Shown here: positions 47,296 through 54,508 of the stretch, in pieces
Layout of the letters: every line of letters begins with the position of its first letter
Position numbering within the stretch: position 1 is the first letter of the stretch
The notes under the pieces: generated by a model
Seen by the model: only the letters and a program-made list of their open reading frames with translations
What the model was told of the DNA's origin: nothing
The model's database searches: none
Origin: Candidatus Parachristensenella avicola
Lineage (GTDB): Bacteria; Bacillota; Clostridia; Christensenellales; UMGS416
NCBI GenBank assembly: GCA_904420205.1
Contig: CAJFUN010000028.1
Location: 4,568 to 68,567 of the forward strand
Reading direction: 5' to 3'
DNA: 64,000 nucleotides
Program-made: the position numbers and the translations under genes

Positions 47296-48141
47296 ATGGA
47301 AGCAACCAAATGCGCAGTCGTCACCGGCGGCTCCAGCGGCATCGGCCAGGGCGTTGCCTTGGTCTTAGCCGAGCATGGCTATGACGTTGCCATCACTTAT
47401 GGAAAAAACCCCGAGGGCGCGGAGAAAACCCGCTGCCAGATCGAGGCGCTCGGCCGGCGCTGCTTTGTTTACCAGGCCACCATGACTGAACCTGATGTGC
47501 CCGCTCGCGTGGTGAATCAGGCCCATAAGGATCTGGGCCGTATCGACACCATCGTCTGCAACGCCGGGCAGACCCGCCACTACTCGGTGCTGGACGTCAC
47601 GGTGGAGGACATGGATTATCTCTATCAACTCAACTATCGCTCCTATGTGCTTTGCGCCGGCGCCGCGGCCCGGCATATGGTGGCCGATCAGATTAAGGGC
47701 TCCATCTTCTTCATTACCTCCTCCCGCGGGACCCGGGCCTATCCGGAGGATTTCCTGTACGGCGGCCTAAAAAGCGCGCTGCAGCGCAGCTGCGAATCCA
47801 TGGCCCTGGATCTATCGCCCTACGGCATCCGGGTGAACTGCGTGGCTCCCGGCCTGACCCGGGTACGCGATTTCCCCGAGGGCGTTACCGACTTCTCCTG
47901 GGTGAACTGGATCCCCATGAAGCGCTCCGGAACCCCCAGGGAAAACGGCGAGCTCATCGCCTTCCTCGCTTCGGAGAACGCCACCTATATCACCGGCGTC
48001 ACGGTGCGGGTGGACGGCGGGCTGATCCTGCCCGGGCCGCCTGAGGGCTGGACTGAGGATGTCAAGTGGCATAATCCTGCCTGGATCGAAAGCCATTATG
48101 AGGGCGCCATGAAGCGCCTGAAGGAGGAAACCGATGAGTGA
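47296..48141 (+). CDS. SDR-family oxidoreductase
   Basis: TGGSSGIG cofactor motif and YGGLK (YxxxK). AAAGGAGG RBS. Confidence 0.85.
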   Translation: MEATKCAVVTGGSSGIGQGVALVLAEHGYDVAITYGKNPEGAEKTRCQIEALGRRCFVYQATMTEPDVPARVVNQAHKDLGRIDTIVCNAGQTRHYSVLDVTVEDMDYLYQLNYRSYVLCAGAAARHMVADQIKGSIFFITSSRGTRAYPEDFLYGGLKSALQRSCESMALDLSPYGIRVNCVAPGLTRVRDFPEGVTDFSWVNWIPMKRSGTPRENGELIAFLASENATYITGVTVRVDGGLILPGPPEGWTEDVKWHNPAWIESHYEGAMKRLKEETDE

Positions 48142-49345
48142 GATCCGCATTACCGACGTACGCGCCATTGAAACCGCGCCGCAGCCGGGCTGCAATCTGA
48201 TCGTCGTGCGCATCGATACCAACCAGCCGGGCCTTTACGGGCTGGGCTGCGCCACCTTCACCCAGCGGCATAAGGCTGTGGTTACGGCCGTGGAAACCTA
48301 CATGAAGCAGCTGCTGGTGGGCCGGGACGCCACCAACGTGCAGGACGCCTGGCAGGTGATGATGAATTCCTCCTACTGGCGCAACGGTCCTGTGCTCAAC
48401 AACGCCATCTCCGGATGCGACATGGCCCTGTGGGATATCCTGGGCAAGAGCTTAGGCGTGCCGGTGTGGAAACTATGGGGCGGCAAAATCCGCCAGGGCG
48501 TGCCGGTATACCGTCATACCGACGGCACGACCTACGACGAGCTAGACCAGCGCATCCAAGCCTACCTCGATGAAGGCGTGCAGTATATCCGCATTCAGTT
48601 CGGCGGCTATGGCGGCAAGGACCGTCACCTAGCCTCCCCCGCAGGCGCGCCCGACGGGCAGTATTTCGACGCGCTGGCCTATAAGCGCTCGGTGCCCAAG
48701 CTTTTTAAGCATGTGCGCGAAACCTTTGGCGACGATGTGGAGCTGCTGCACGATGTGCACGAGCGGCTCACGCCGGTGGATGCGGTGCATCTGGCCAAGG
48801 AGCTGGAGCCATACCGCCCCTTCTTCCTGGAGGACGCGCTGCCTCCGGAGCAGGGTCACTGGTTCAAGGCGCTGCGAGAGGCCGCGGCGGTGCCGCTGGC
48901 CATGGGCGAGCTTTTCAACAACCCCATGGAGTGGATTCCCCTGGTGGAAAACCGCTGGATTGACTATATCCGCTGCCATGTCAGCCAGATCGGCGGCGTT
49001 ACCGCCGCCCGGAAGCTGGCCGCCTTCTGCGAGCCCTTCGGCGTGCGCACCGCCTGGCACGGTCCCGGCGACGTATCGCCCATTGGCCATATGGCCAACG
49101 TCCACCTGGATCTGACCACGGTAAACTTCGGCATCCAGGAATGGTGCGGCATGGAGACCGATCCCCGGGTGCAGGAGGTCTTTACCGGGATGGCCGAAGT
49201 CAAGGGCGGCTTTGCCTATGCCAACGATAAGCCCGGCTGGGGCGTGGACATCGACGAGGAGGCAGCCAAGAAATATCCTACCTGCGCCGATCAGCCCCGT
49301 TGGCTGCTCTCCCGCCTGCCTGATGGAACAAGCGTCAAGGCTTGA
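48134..49345 (+). CDS. enolase-superfamily dehydratase (D-mannonate dehydratase ManD/RspA-like)
   Basis: 403 aa. The N-terminal ITDVRAIETAPQPGCNLIVVRIDTNQPGLYGLGCATF pattern is typical of the ManD subgroup. Overlaps the SDR gene by 8 nt. Confidence 0.8.
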   Translation: MSEIRITDVRAIETAPQPGCNLIVVRIDTNQPGLYGLGCATFTQRHKAVVTAVETYMKQLLVGRDATNVQDAWQVMMNSSYWRNGPVLNNAISGCDMALWDILGKSLGVPVWKLWGGKIRQGVPVYRHTDGTTYDELDQRIQAYLDEGVQYIRIQFGGYGGKDRHLASPAGAPDGQYFDALAYKRSVPKLFKHVRETFGDDVELLHDVHERLTPVDAVHLAKELEPYRPFFLEDALPPEQGHWFKALREAAAVPLAMGELFNNPMEWIPLVENRWIDYIRCHVSQIGGVTAARKLAAFCEPFGVRTAWHGPGDVSPIGHMANVHLDLTTVNFGIQEWCGMETDPRVQEVFTGMAEVKGGFAYANDKPGWGVDIDEEAAKKYPTCADQPRWLLSRLPDGTSVKA

Positions 49346-49422
49346 TCTGCAGGAAGCGGCTATAAAAAGGCGTATTCATTGAAACGTCTCCAAGTTTAAT
49401 CCAAAACAATGATTAGCTTACT

Positions 49423-49466
49423 GGGGAATGAGTCCGGCCAAGGCCGGAATCATTCCCCTCGTTTTA
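49423..49466 (+). terminator. intrinsic terminator after the dehydratase gene
   Basis: 17-bp stem with one mismatch (ggggaatgagtccggcc / ggccggaatcattcccc) followed by tcgtttta. Confidence 0.7.
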
Positions 49467-49494
49467 TTGCACATACACATAGAAGAAATATACA

Positions 49495-49523
49495 TTGACA
49501 ATAAAACGAATATTTGATAATGT
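49495..49523 (+). promoter_or_regulatory. sigma-70 promoter of leader copy A
   Basis: TTGACA (49495-49500), 17-nt spacer, TG-a-TAATGT (-10 at 49518-49523). Confidence 0.65.
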
Positions 49524-49622
49524 GAAATTGGATAAAATAACCAAAATTATGACAAATCCTCCGAACTGCTCTGCCCCAAAAGGAGATAAAAGATGAGAAG
49601 GAAGGGAGAAAAAGAAAGCAAC

Positions 49623-49673
49623 CCGGCCAGCCAGGCGGGCGCGAAGCGCTCTGTTTGGTGTGGCCGGTTTTTT
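49623..49673 (+). terminator. leader (attenuator) terminator, copy A
   Basis: Outer stem ccggcca (49623-49629) / tggccgg (49661-49667), inner gcgc-gaa-gcgc hairpin, then T6 (49668-49673). Located between the promoter and the AGGAGG SD of the 49712 gene. Confidence 0.7.
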
Positions 49674-49711
49674 AATAAAGGGGAGCCAAAGGGGACAAAA
49701 AGGAGGAGCGT

Positions 49712-50656
49712 ATGAAAAAGCGGACAAAAGCAGAAGGACAAATCCATGAGAAGGGAACGGAAGGACAAACGAGCCAAGAAAAGAAGGGGCGGCTGGCGAG
49801 GGCGGCTGCAAGAGGGGCTAGTCGGCTGCGGCGGGCGGCAGGCTGGCTGGGGGGAAGAAAGCGATGGGAGAAATGGACCTTGGGATGCGGATGTGCGCTG
49901 GCAGCAATTGCCGCCACGGCGCTGATCCTGCATCTGAACGGATTTGTTTTCGACCACAAATGCCAGCTTCCCAGGGCCGGATCGGTTTACAAAGTCGTTT
50001 ATTCGGATCCGGATCCGAAAAGGGGTGATGTCATTTACCGCGCATTATGCCGGAGTGAACCTACGCCCCCGGATTGTGACTATCCCTGGATATTGGAGGA
50101 CTACGAAGGTGAATTTACACCTGCTCAAGGGATGGGGTACAACATTACCGCACTCTGCGAGGTGGAATACCTGCACATTGTAAACTGTGTACAGGAAAGC
50201 ACCGGGGAGGACTACCGAGCGTCGCAATACAAGCAGCTGTTTACCCTTATGGAATGCCGGGTCATCCGGGTGCTGGCCGAGCGAGAGGACATGATGGAGA
50301 CGCCGCTCCGGGAAGGGGACGTCATAACCGTGTTCCAAAGAGGGAACTCAAAGGTGCAGTATTTTAACACTGCGCCTTATAAGGAGGGGGCACGCGCGGT
50401 GCTTGGCATCCTACCCACCACCTATTGGACCGATCGAAGCCCGGATCAGCTGCGTGTATACAATAGCCAATACAGGGCTATGCATTCCGTCCCGGTTGTC
50501 ATTGGAGAGGACGGGAAAAAAACGATTGAGGGCTTTACGGGATTCCAACTAAGGGATTCGTTCCAGCCGCTGGATCCCAATCGCCCTGCGCTGGACCAGC
50601 TGGGGGAATTTGTGCAGAGGAATATGGACGAGTTTGAATTCGTTACACCTTACTAA
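49712..50656 (+). CDS. hypothetical membrane-anchored protein (basic N-tail, one TM, ~230-aa ectodomain)
   Basis: 314 aa. AAAGGAGG RBS. TM WTLGCGCALAAIAATALILHL. No family recognised. Confidence 0.7.
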   Translation: MKKRTKAEGQIHEKGTEGQTSQEKKGRLARAAARGASRLRRAAGWLGGRKRWEKWTLGCGCALAAIAATALILHLNGFVFDHKCQLPRAGSVYKVVYSDPDPKRGDVIYRALCRSEPTPPDCDYPWILEDYEGEFTPAQGMGYNITALCEVEYLHIVNCVQESTGEDYRASQYKQLFTLMECRVIRVLAEREDMMETPLREGDVITVFQRGNSKVQYFNTAPYKEGARAVLGILPTTYWTDRSPDQLRVYNSQYRAMHSVPVVIGEDGKKTIEGFTGFQLRDSFQPLDPNRPALDQLGEFVQRNMDEFEFVTPY

Positions 50657-50676
50657 AGGGATTGGGGGGGAAGACC

Positions 50677-50796
50677 ATGAAGAAATTGCGGGCGTGTTTC
50701 GCCTCCATCTGTGCTCTGTTGTTTTTCGTCAGTCTGTGCCTTCCTGCCCGTGCCGAGCAGCGGATTACCGGCTGCGGTTTTTTAATGAAAACGTAA
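50677..50796 (+). CDS. 39-aa ORF: signal peptide + 13-aa C-terminal peptide (candidate secreted peptide)
   Basis: Not in the track. My translation is MKKLRACFASICALLFFVSLCLPARAEQRITGCGFLMKT. A G-rich RBS (ggggggg) lies 6 nt upstream. Its 3' end overlaps a weak hairpin + T6. Confidence 0.35.
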   Translation: MKKLRACFASICALLFFVSLCLPARAEQRITGCGFLMKT

Positions 50797-50806
50797 AGAA
50801 TATATA

Positions 50807-50835
50807 TTGAAAGTAAAACAAACATCTGATAATAT
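50807..50835 (+). promoter_or_regulatory. sigma-70 promoter of leader copy B
   Basis: TTGAAA (50807-50812), 17-nt spacer, TG-a-TAATAT (-10 at 50830-50835). Confidence 0.6.
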
Positions 50836-50935
50836 GAAATTGGATATAATAACTAAAATCATAACGCAATCCTCCGAACGGCTCTGTCTCAAGAGGAGAT
50901 AAAAGATGAGAAGGAAGCGAGAAAAAGGAAGCAAC

Positions 50936-50986
50936 CCGGCCATCCAGGCGGGCGCGAAGCGCTCTGTTTGGTGTGGCCGGTTTTTT
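50936..50986 (+). terminator. leader (attenuator) terminator, copy B
   Basis: Same hairpin as copy A (one substitution in the internal part) followed by T6 (50981-50986). Confidence 0.7.
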
Positions 50987-51169
50987 AATAAAAGGGGAGC
51001 CAAGAGGAACAAAAAGGAGGAGAACATGAAAAAGAGGACAGAGCAAGAACCCGTGACGTGACAAGGAAGCAAGCAGCCCCGGCGCGTGGGTATTATGGTG
51101 AAGAGGCGTAACCTCAAAGGAGGAGCCGGTTCTCAAACAATTTACCCAGATATGATAAAGGAGGCACAT

Positions 51170-51643
51170 ATGAACGATTCTGATTGGGCGCTTATACCTG
51201 ACTTCTACAAATTCCCGTTCATAGTACGAAATCTTTATATGATCGAGCTGCTTCTAACTTTGCCAGCCCTAGCTATTGAAATAATACATTACAAGAATAC
51301 AACCATTTTTACGTTTTGTATATTATACATTATAATTAGCCTGATTTGTTATATTTTGACGCGCATGAAGCTTAAGTATACAGATGAAGGACTTATGAAA
51401 TATATAAGAGTATATGATTGTTATTCATTTATAATTGCAGTAATAGGTATCGCGGCATTAATATTAAGATGGAATATGTATATAACTTACGAAGAATTTG
51501 AAATTCTCTTTTTAGTGTGGTTTATTCCAATTCAAATATTTAGAATTTGCTTCTCACGATTTTATCAGAACAAGTATCTCCCCAAATTTGCGTCAGAGCT
51601 TGACGAGAAGTCGGCCACCGCTAAAAAGGAGAAAGAAAAATGA
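51170..51643 (+). CDS. AT-rich 4-TM membrane protein, unknown family
   Basis: ATG 51170 (MNDSDWAL..) has an AAAGGAGG RBS. 157 aa, about 30% GC by eye. Its stop overlaps the next start (ATGA at 51640-51643). Confidence 0.7.
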   Translation: MNDSDWALIPDFYKFPFIVRNLYMIELLLTLPALAIEIIHYKNTTIFTFCILYIIISLICYILTRMKLKYTDEGLMKYIRVYDCYSFIIAVIGIAALILRWNMYITYEEFEILFLVWFIPIQIFRICFSRFYQNKYLPKFASELDEKSATAKKEKEK

Positions 51644-54438
51644 AAAAGCGTTATATATTGAAGGGACTATCCTTGGGATTAGTGTTCTGTTTGCTTATCT
51701 TCCTGTGCCCGAATCCCTCCTACGCAGAAAACGCCGAATGGAAAGAATACACCTACGAGACAACCCGGGACGGCCGGCCTGCCATTGAAGTGCACCGCAT
51801 AAAGAAGGGACAGGCGCACGTTCTGTTGTATGTGGACGGCATCCTCGTGGAAGAGGCCCATGCAAACGCCTATACAAAGCAGGTATCCCATACTGTGCAT
51901 GACGGGCGCAACCTACAGGATGCCCCTGTTATCCGTAAAAATGCGTCTGCCGGTTTCACTGTTACTACCCGCCATGCCGCATCCAAAGCTCCGCTGAAAA
52001 AAACAGAAACACTCATGCCAATTCCTAATCCGGAAGAAGAAGCCGCAAAAGCGCCCCAAACTATCGATACTTCCCCTTCGACTCCAGCTGCCTCAACTGA
52101 AACTACCGGAAGCACAAGCGCTCAAACGGATGAAGCGGCTACCCAGTCCAGTACTCCTACCGGTTTAGCTGTGCCGCTTGCCACGGACAGTATAGCGGAT
52201 GGTCAGCCACCTTCCGGCGGCATACCGTCCAACTCGCTTCACGCCTTTGACAGCGTTGGGGATCAGGATGAAATCAGCCCTTCAACTGCTCCGAATCACA
52301 CGGGGGATTGCCCGCCAGAGGACGAAAACTGTACAGAATCCCATACGGCGGATATACCTGTCCAGGACACGCCCGATTCCGAGGATTCATCTGAAGCTAT
52401 TGGCCTGCCAGAACTATCCTCTCCTCAGAATGCTGGCGCTGTTTCCTATCCGCCGCTGATCGAAACAGGGAGCGAACCGCTTACCAGCAACGCAGGTCTT
52501 ACCGCCGCCGGAGACGGTTGGTATTCGTTAGGCTGGGCCGGCGGATACATAGAAGCGCCCTATATCTATGGGAATCTGCAGCGCCAGTACTCGACATCTT
52601 CAGAGAGGGTCCATGTATTCAATTTTGAAATGAATGAGACGCGAATAACGGTTATATCCATTATTGAGGCTGTGCTAACAACTGCAGGATTATTTGATAT
52701 GATTTTATCCGGCGCTATAAATCCTAGAGATGTTGTTAGCTATATACTGGCTGCAATTACATTTGTAGGTGATATTATTCATGAGACTCAAACAGTAGAA
52801 GTCGACGCGCTCCACTATACATACAATTACCGTACCATGGTCAACGGGAACAGCCATTATACGAGCCAGCGGCAAACAGAATATGTGTATACATACAACA
52901 AAACTACCGGAGTAAGAGAACTGAAATACCTAGGATATACCATTGCGGGCGCTTTACATAACAGCGACATGGTGGAATTAGGAATTGACCACTACTTAGC
53001 CACCGAGCACACGACGCATGTTGATTGCCCCATTTGCCCAATATGCGGAATTCAGCGCATGGGTTATTCTCATCTTTTCAGCGGTACATATGAAACCACG
53101 CCGGCACAACATATCCAGACATGCATACGTTGTGGGATAAAAGAACCGGCTGATCACATATTTAGCCCCGCGCAAAAAAATGATGCCCAAACACATAAAC
53201 GAACCTGTGCCGTATGCGGCTATATTGAAATGACCAATCATGCCTTTGGCGCGTATAGTACACCTCTTGGCGCTGACATTCACCAAAGAACATGCTCTGG
53301 ATGCGGTTATATTGATTCTGGCGCCCATGCTTGGGTATGCAGCAGCGTCAGCGCAAGCCAACATGCCATGACATGCAGCGTATGCCAAGCCACAAGTACA
53401 GTGAATCATACATGGGGATCGTATGCTATGGTTAGCAATTCACAGCATAGACGAACCTGCACGGCGAATGGTTGCACCCAAATTGAGACGTCGTCCCACA
53501 CCATCACCTCGACCCGACCGCTGACGGAAGCGGGCCAGGAAGGGTATCATGAGAACTACTGCGCCACCTGCGGCGGCCGCTGGAACGAGGCCCACACCTA
53601 TGGCAGCTATACCGATAGCTCCGCCAGCGTCCACGTGCGCACCTGCGTCAAGTGCGGCAAGGAAAACTATCAGGCCCATTCCTGGAGCAGCTATAGCTCC
53701 ACCGGCTCCACCCAGCACCAGCGCACCTGCACCGTCTCCACCTGCGGACGCACCCAAACCAGCAACCATACCTGGGGCAGCTACAACTACCTAAGCGCTA
53801 CGTATCACAAGAGGAGCTGCACCGCCTCGGGCTGTACTGCCTCGCAGAACGCCGGCCACAGCATTACCCGCGTCACCTCGCTGGATGGGACAAACCACCA
53901 GAACTACTGCTCCACCTGCAACGGATACTGGAACGTGGCCCATACTCTGACGGTGCTTACGCCCTATGGCAACGCCACCAAGCATCTGGCAGGCTGCACA
54001 AAGTGCAATTATTCGATTGCCCAAAACCATACCTTCGGGGCATGGGTCAATTACAGCAGCACCCTGCACCGGCACCAATGCACCGGCTGCAAGGAATACC
54101 ATACGGCCAGCCACGGCAGCTATGGCTCCTGGACCAACTACTCTTCCAGCCAGCACCGCAGAAAGTGCGGCTCCTGCACCTATTACCAATACGGCAGCCA
54201 TGGCAGCTACGGTTCCTGGGCCAATTATTCCTCCAGCCAGCACCGCAGAAAGTGCGGCTCCTGCACCTATTACCAATACGGCAGCCACATCTATGGCTCC
54301 AACAGCTACTATTCCTCCACCCAACACCGCAAGAAGTGCGCCAGCTGCCCCCGATACGTCTATGCGAATCACAGCTACCAGTATTCCGGCGGCTACCTGC
54401 GCTGCACAGGCTGCGGCCATGAGAAGCCCTATGCGTAA
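51640..54438 (+). CDS. large secreted protein with a C-terminal array of ~17 His/Cys (zinc-knuckle-like) repeats
   Basis: 932 aa. Signal peptide (..CPNPSYA/EN), an S/T/P/E/D-rich linker, a central region with two hydrophobic helices, then the repeat array (aa 458-932). Confidence 0.85.
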   Translation: MKKRYILKGLSLGLVFCLLIFLCPNPSYAENAEWKEYTYETTRDGRPAIEVHRIKKGQAHVLLYVDGILVEEAHANAYTKQVSHTVHDGRNLQDAPVIRKNASAGFTVTTRHAASKAPLKKTETLMPIPNPEEEAAKAPQTIDTSPSTPAASTETTGSTSAQTDEAATQSSTPTGLAVPLATDSIADGQPPSGGIPSNSLHAFDSVGDQDEISPSTAPNHTGDCPPEDENCTESHTADIPVQDTPDSEDSSEAIGLPELSSPQNAGAVSYPPLIETGSEPLTSNAGLTAAGDGWYSLGWAGGYIEAPYIYGNLQRQYSTSSERVHVFNFEMNETRITVISIIEAVLTTAGLFDMILSGAINPRDVVSYILAAITFVGDIIHETQTVEVDALHYTYNYRTMVNGNSHYTSQRQTEYVYTYNKTTGVRELKYLGYTIAGALHNSDMVELGIDHYLATEHTTHVDCPICPICGIQRMGYSHLFSGTYETTPAQHIQTCIRCGIKEPADHIFSPAQKNDAQTHKRTCAVCGYIEMTNHAFGAYSTPLGADIHQRTCSGCGYIDSGAHAWVCSSVSASQHAMTCSVCQATSTVNHTWGSYAMVSNSQHRRTCTANGCTQIETSSHTITSTRPLTEAGQEGYHENYCATCGGRWNEAHTYGSYTDSSASVHVRTCVKCGKENYQAHSWSSYSSTGSTQHQRTCTVSTCGRTQTSNHTWGSYNYLSATYHKRSCTASGCTASQNAGHSITRVTSLDGTNHQNYCSTCNGYWNVAHTLTVLTPYGNATKHLAGCTKCNYSIAQNHTFGAWVNYSSTLHRHQCTGCKEYHTASHGSYGSWTNYSSSQHRRKCGSCTYYQYGSHGSYGSWANYSSSQHRRKCGSCTYYQYGSHIYGSNSYYSSTQHRKKCASCPRYVYANHSYQYSGGYLRCTGCGHEKPYA
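53011..54435 (+). repeat. tandem ~26-30-aa coding repeats with consensus H-[TS]-[WF]-G-S-[YW]-x3-S-x2-Q-H-x-R-x-C-x2,3-C-x6,7
   Basis: 17 CxxC/CxxxC pairs, each preceded by H-x3 and followed by H after about 7 residues, e.g. QHRRKCGSCTYYQYGSH and THKRTCAVCGYIEMTNH. Includes an 87-bp tandem duplication at 54109-54282. Confidence 0.9.
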
Positions 54439-54465
54439 GCCTTAAACCGCTCCCCCTATCACAAA

Positions 54466-54501
54466 AACCGTCTTCATCCGCAAGCGGATGAAGACGGTTT
54501 T
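54466..54501. terminator. bidirectional terminator between convergent genes
   Basis: Perfect 16-bp stem aaccgtcttcatccgc / gcggatgaagacggtt, with an A-run upstream and T-run downstream. Confidence 0.9.
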
Positions 54502-54508
54502 CTCTAAA

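Larger units (their letters stand above)
49484..49728 (+). repeat. promoter-leader cassette, copy A (dispersed direct repeat)
   Basis: Aligns with 50796-51042. The core 49582-49679 is 95/98 identical to 50895-50992. Confidence 0.9.
50796..51042 (+). repeat. promoter-leader cassette, copy B
   Basis: See copy A. Ends in a vestigial 11-codon ORF, MKKRTEQEPVT* (51026-51061). Confidence 0.9.

Noticed and set aside
49621-49650. ccaggcggg in the leader resembles the reverse complement of the ZTP (pfl) riboswitch CCGCCUGGG box. I also considered guanidine, fluoride, preQ1 and T-box classes.
   Set aside because: The orientation is wrong relative to the promoter, the 5' sub-domain is absent, and none of the other class signatures are present. 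I left the leader as unclassified.
50755-50796. The C-terminal CGFLM of the 39-aa ORF resembles the thiolactone ring of staphylococcal AIP-I (CDFIM), suggesting an AgrD-like peptide.
   Set aside because: The ORF has a Sec-type signal peptide instead of the AgrD amphipathic leader. It has no acidic C-terminal recognition tail (only KT follows). No agrB/agrC/agrA-like genes are nearby.
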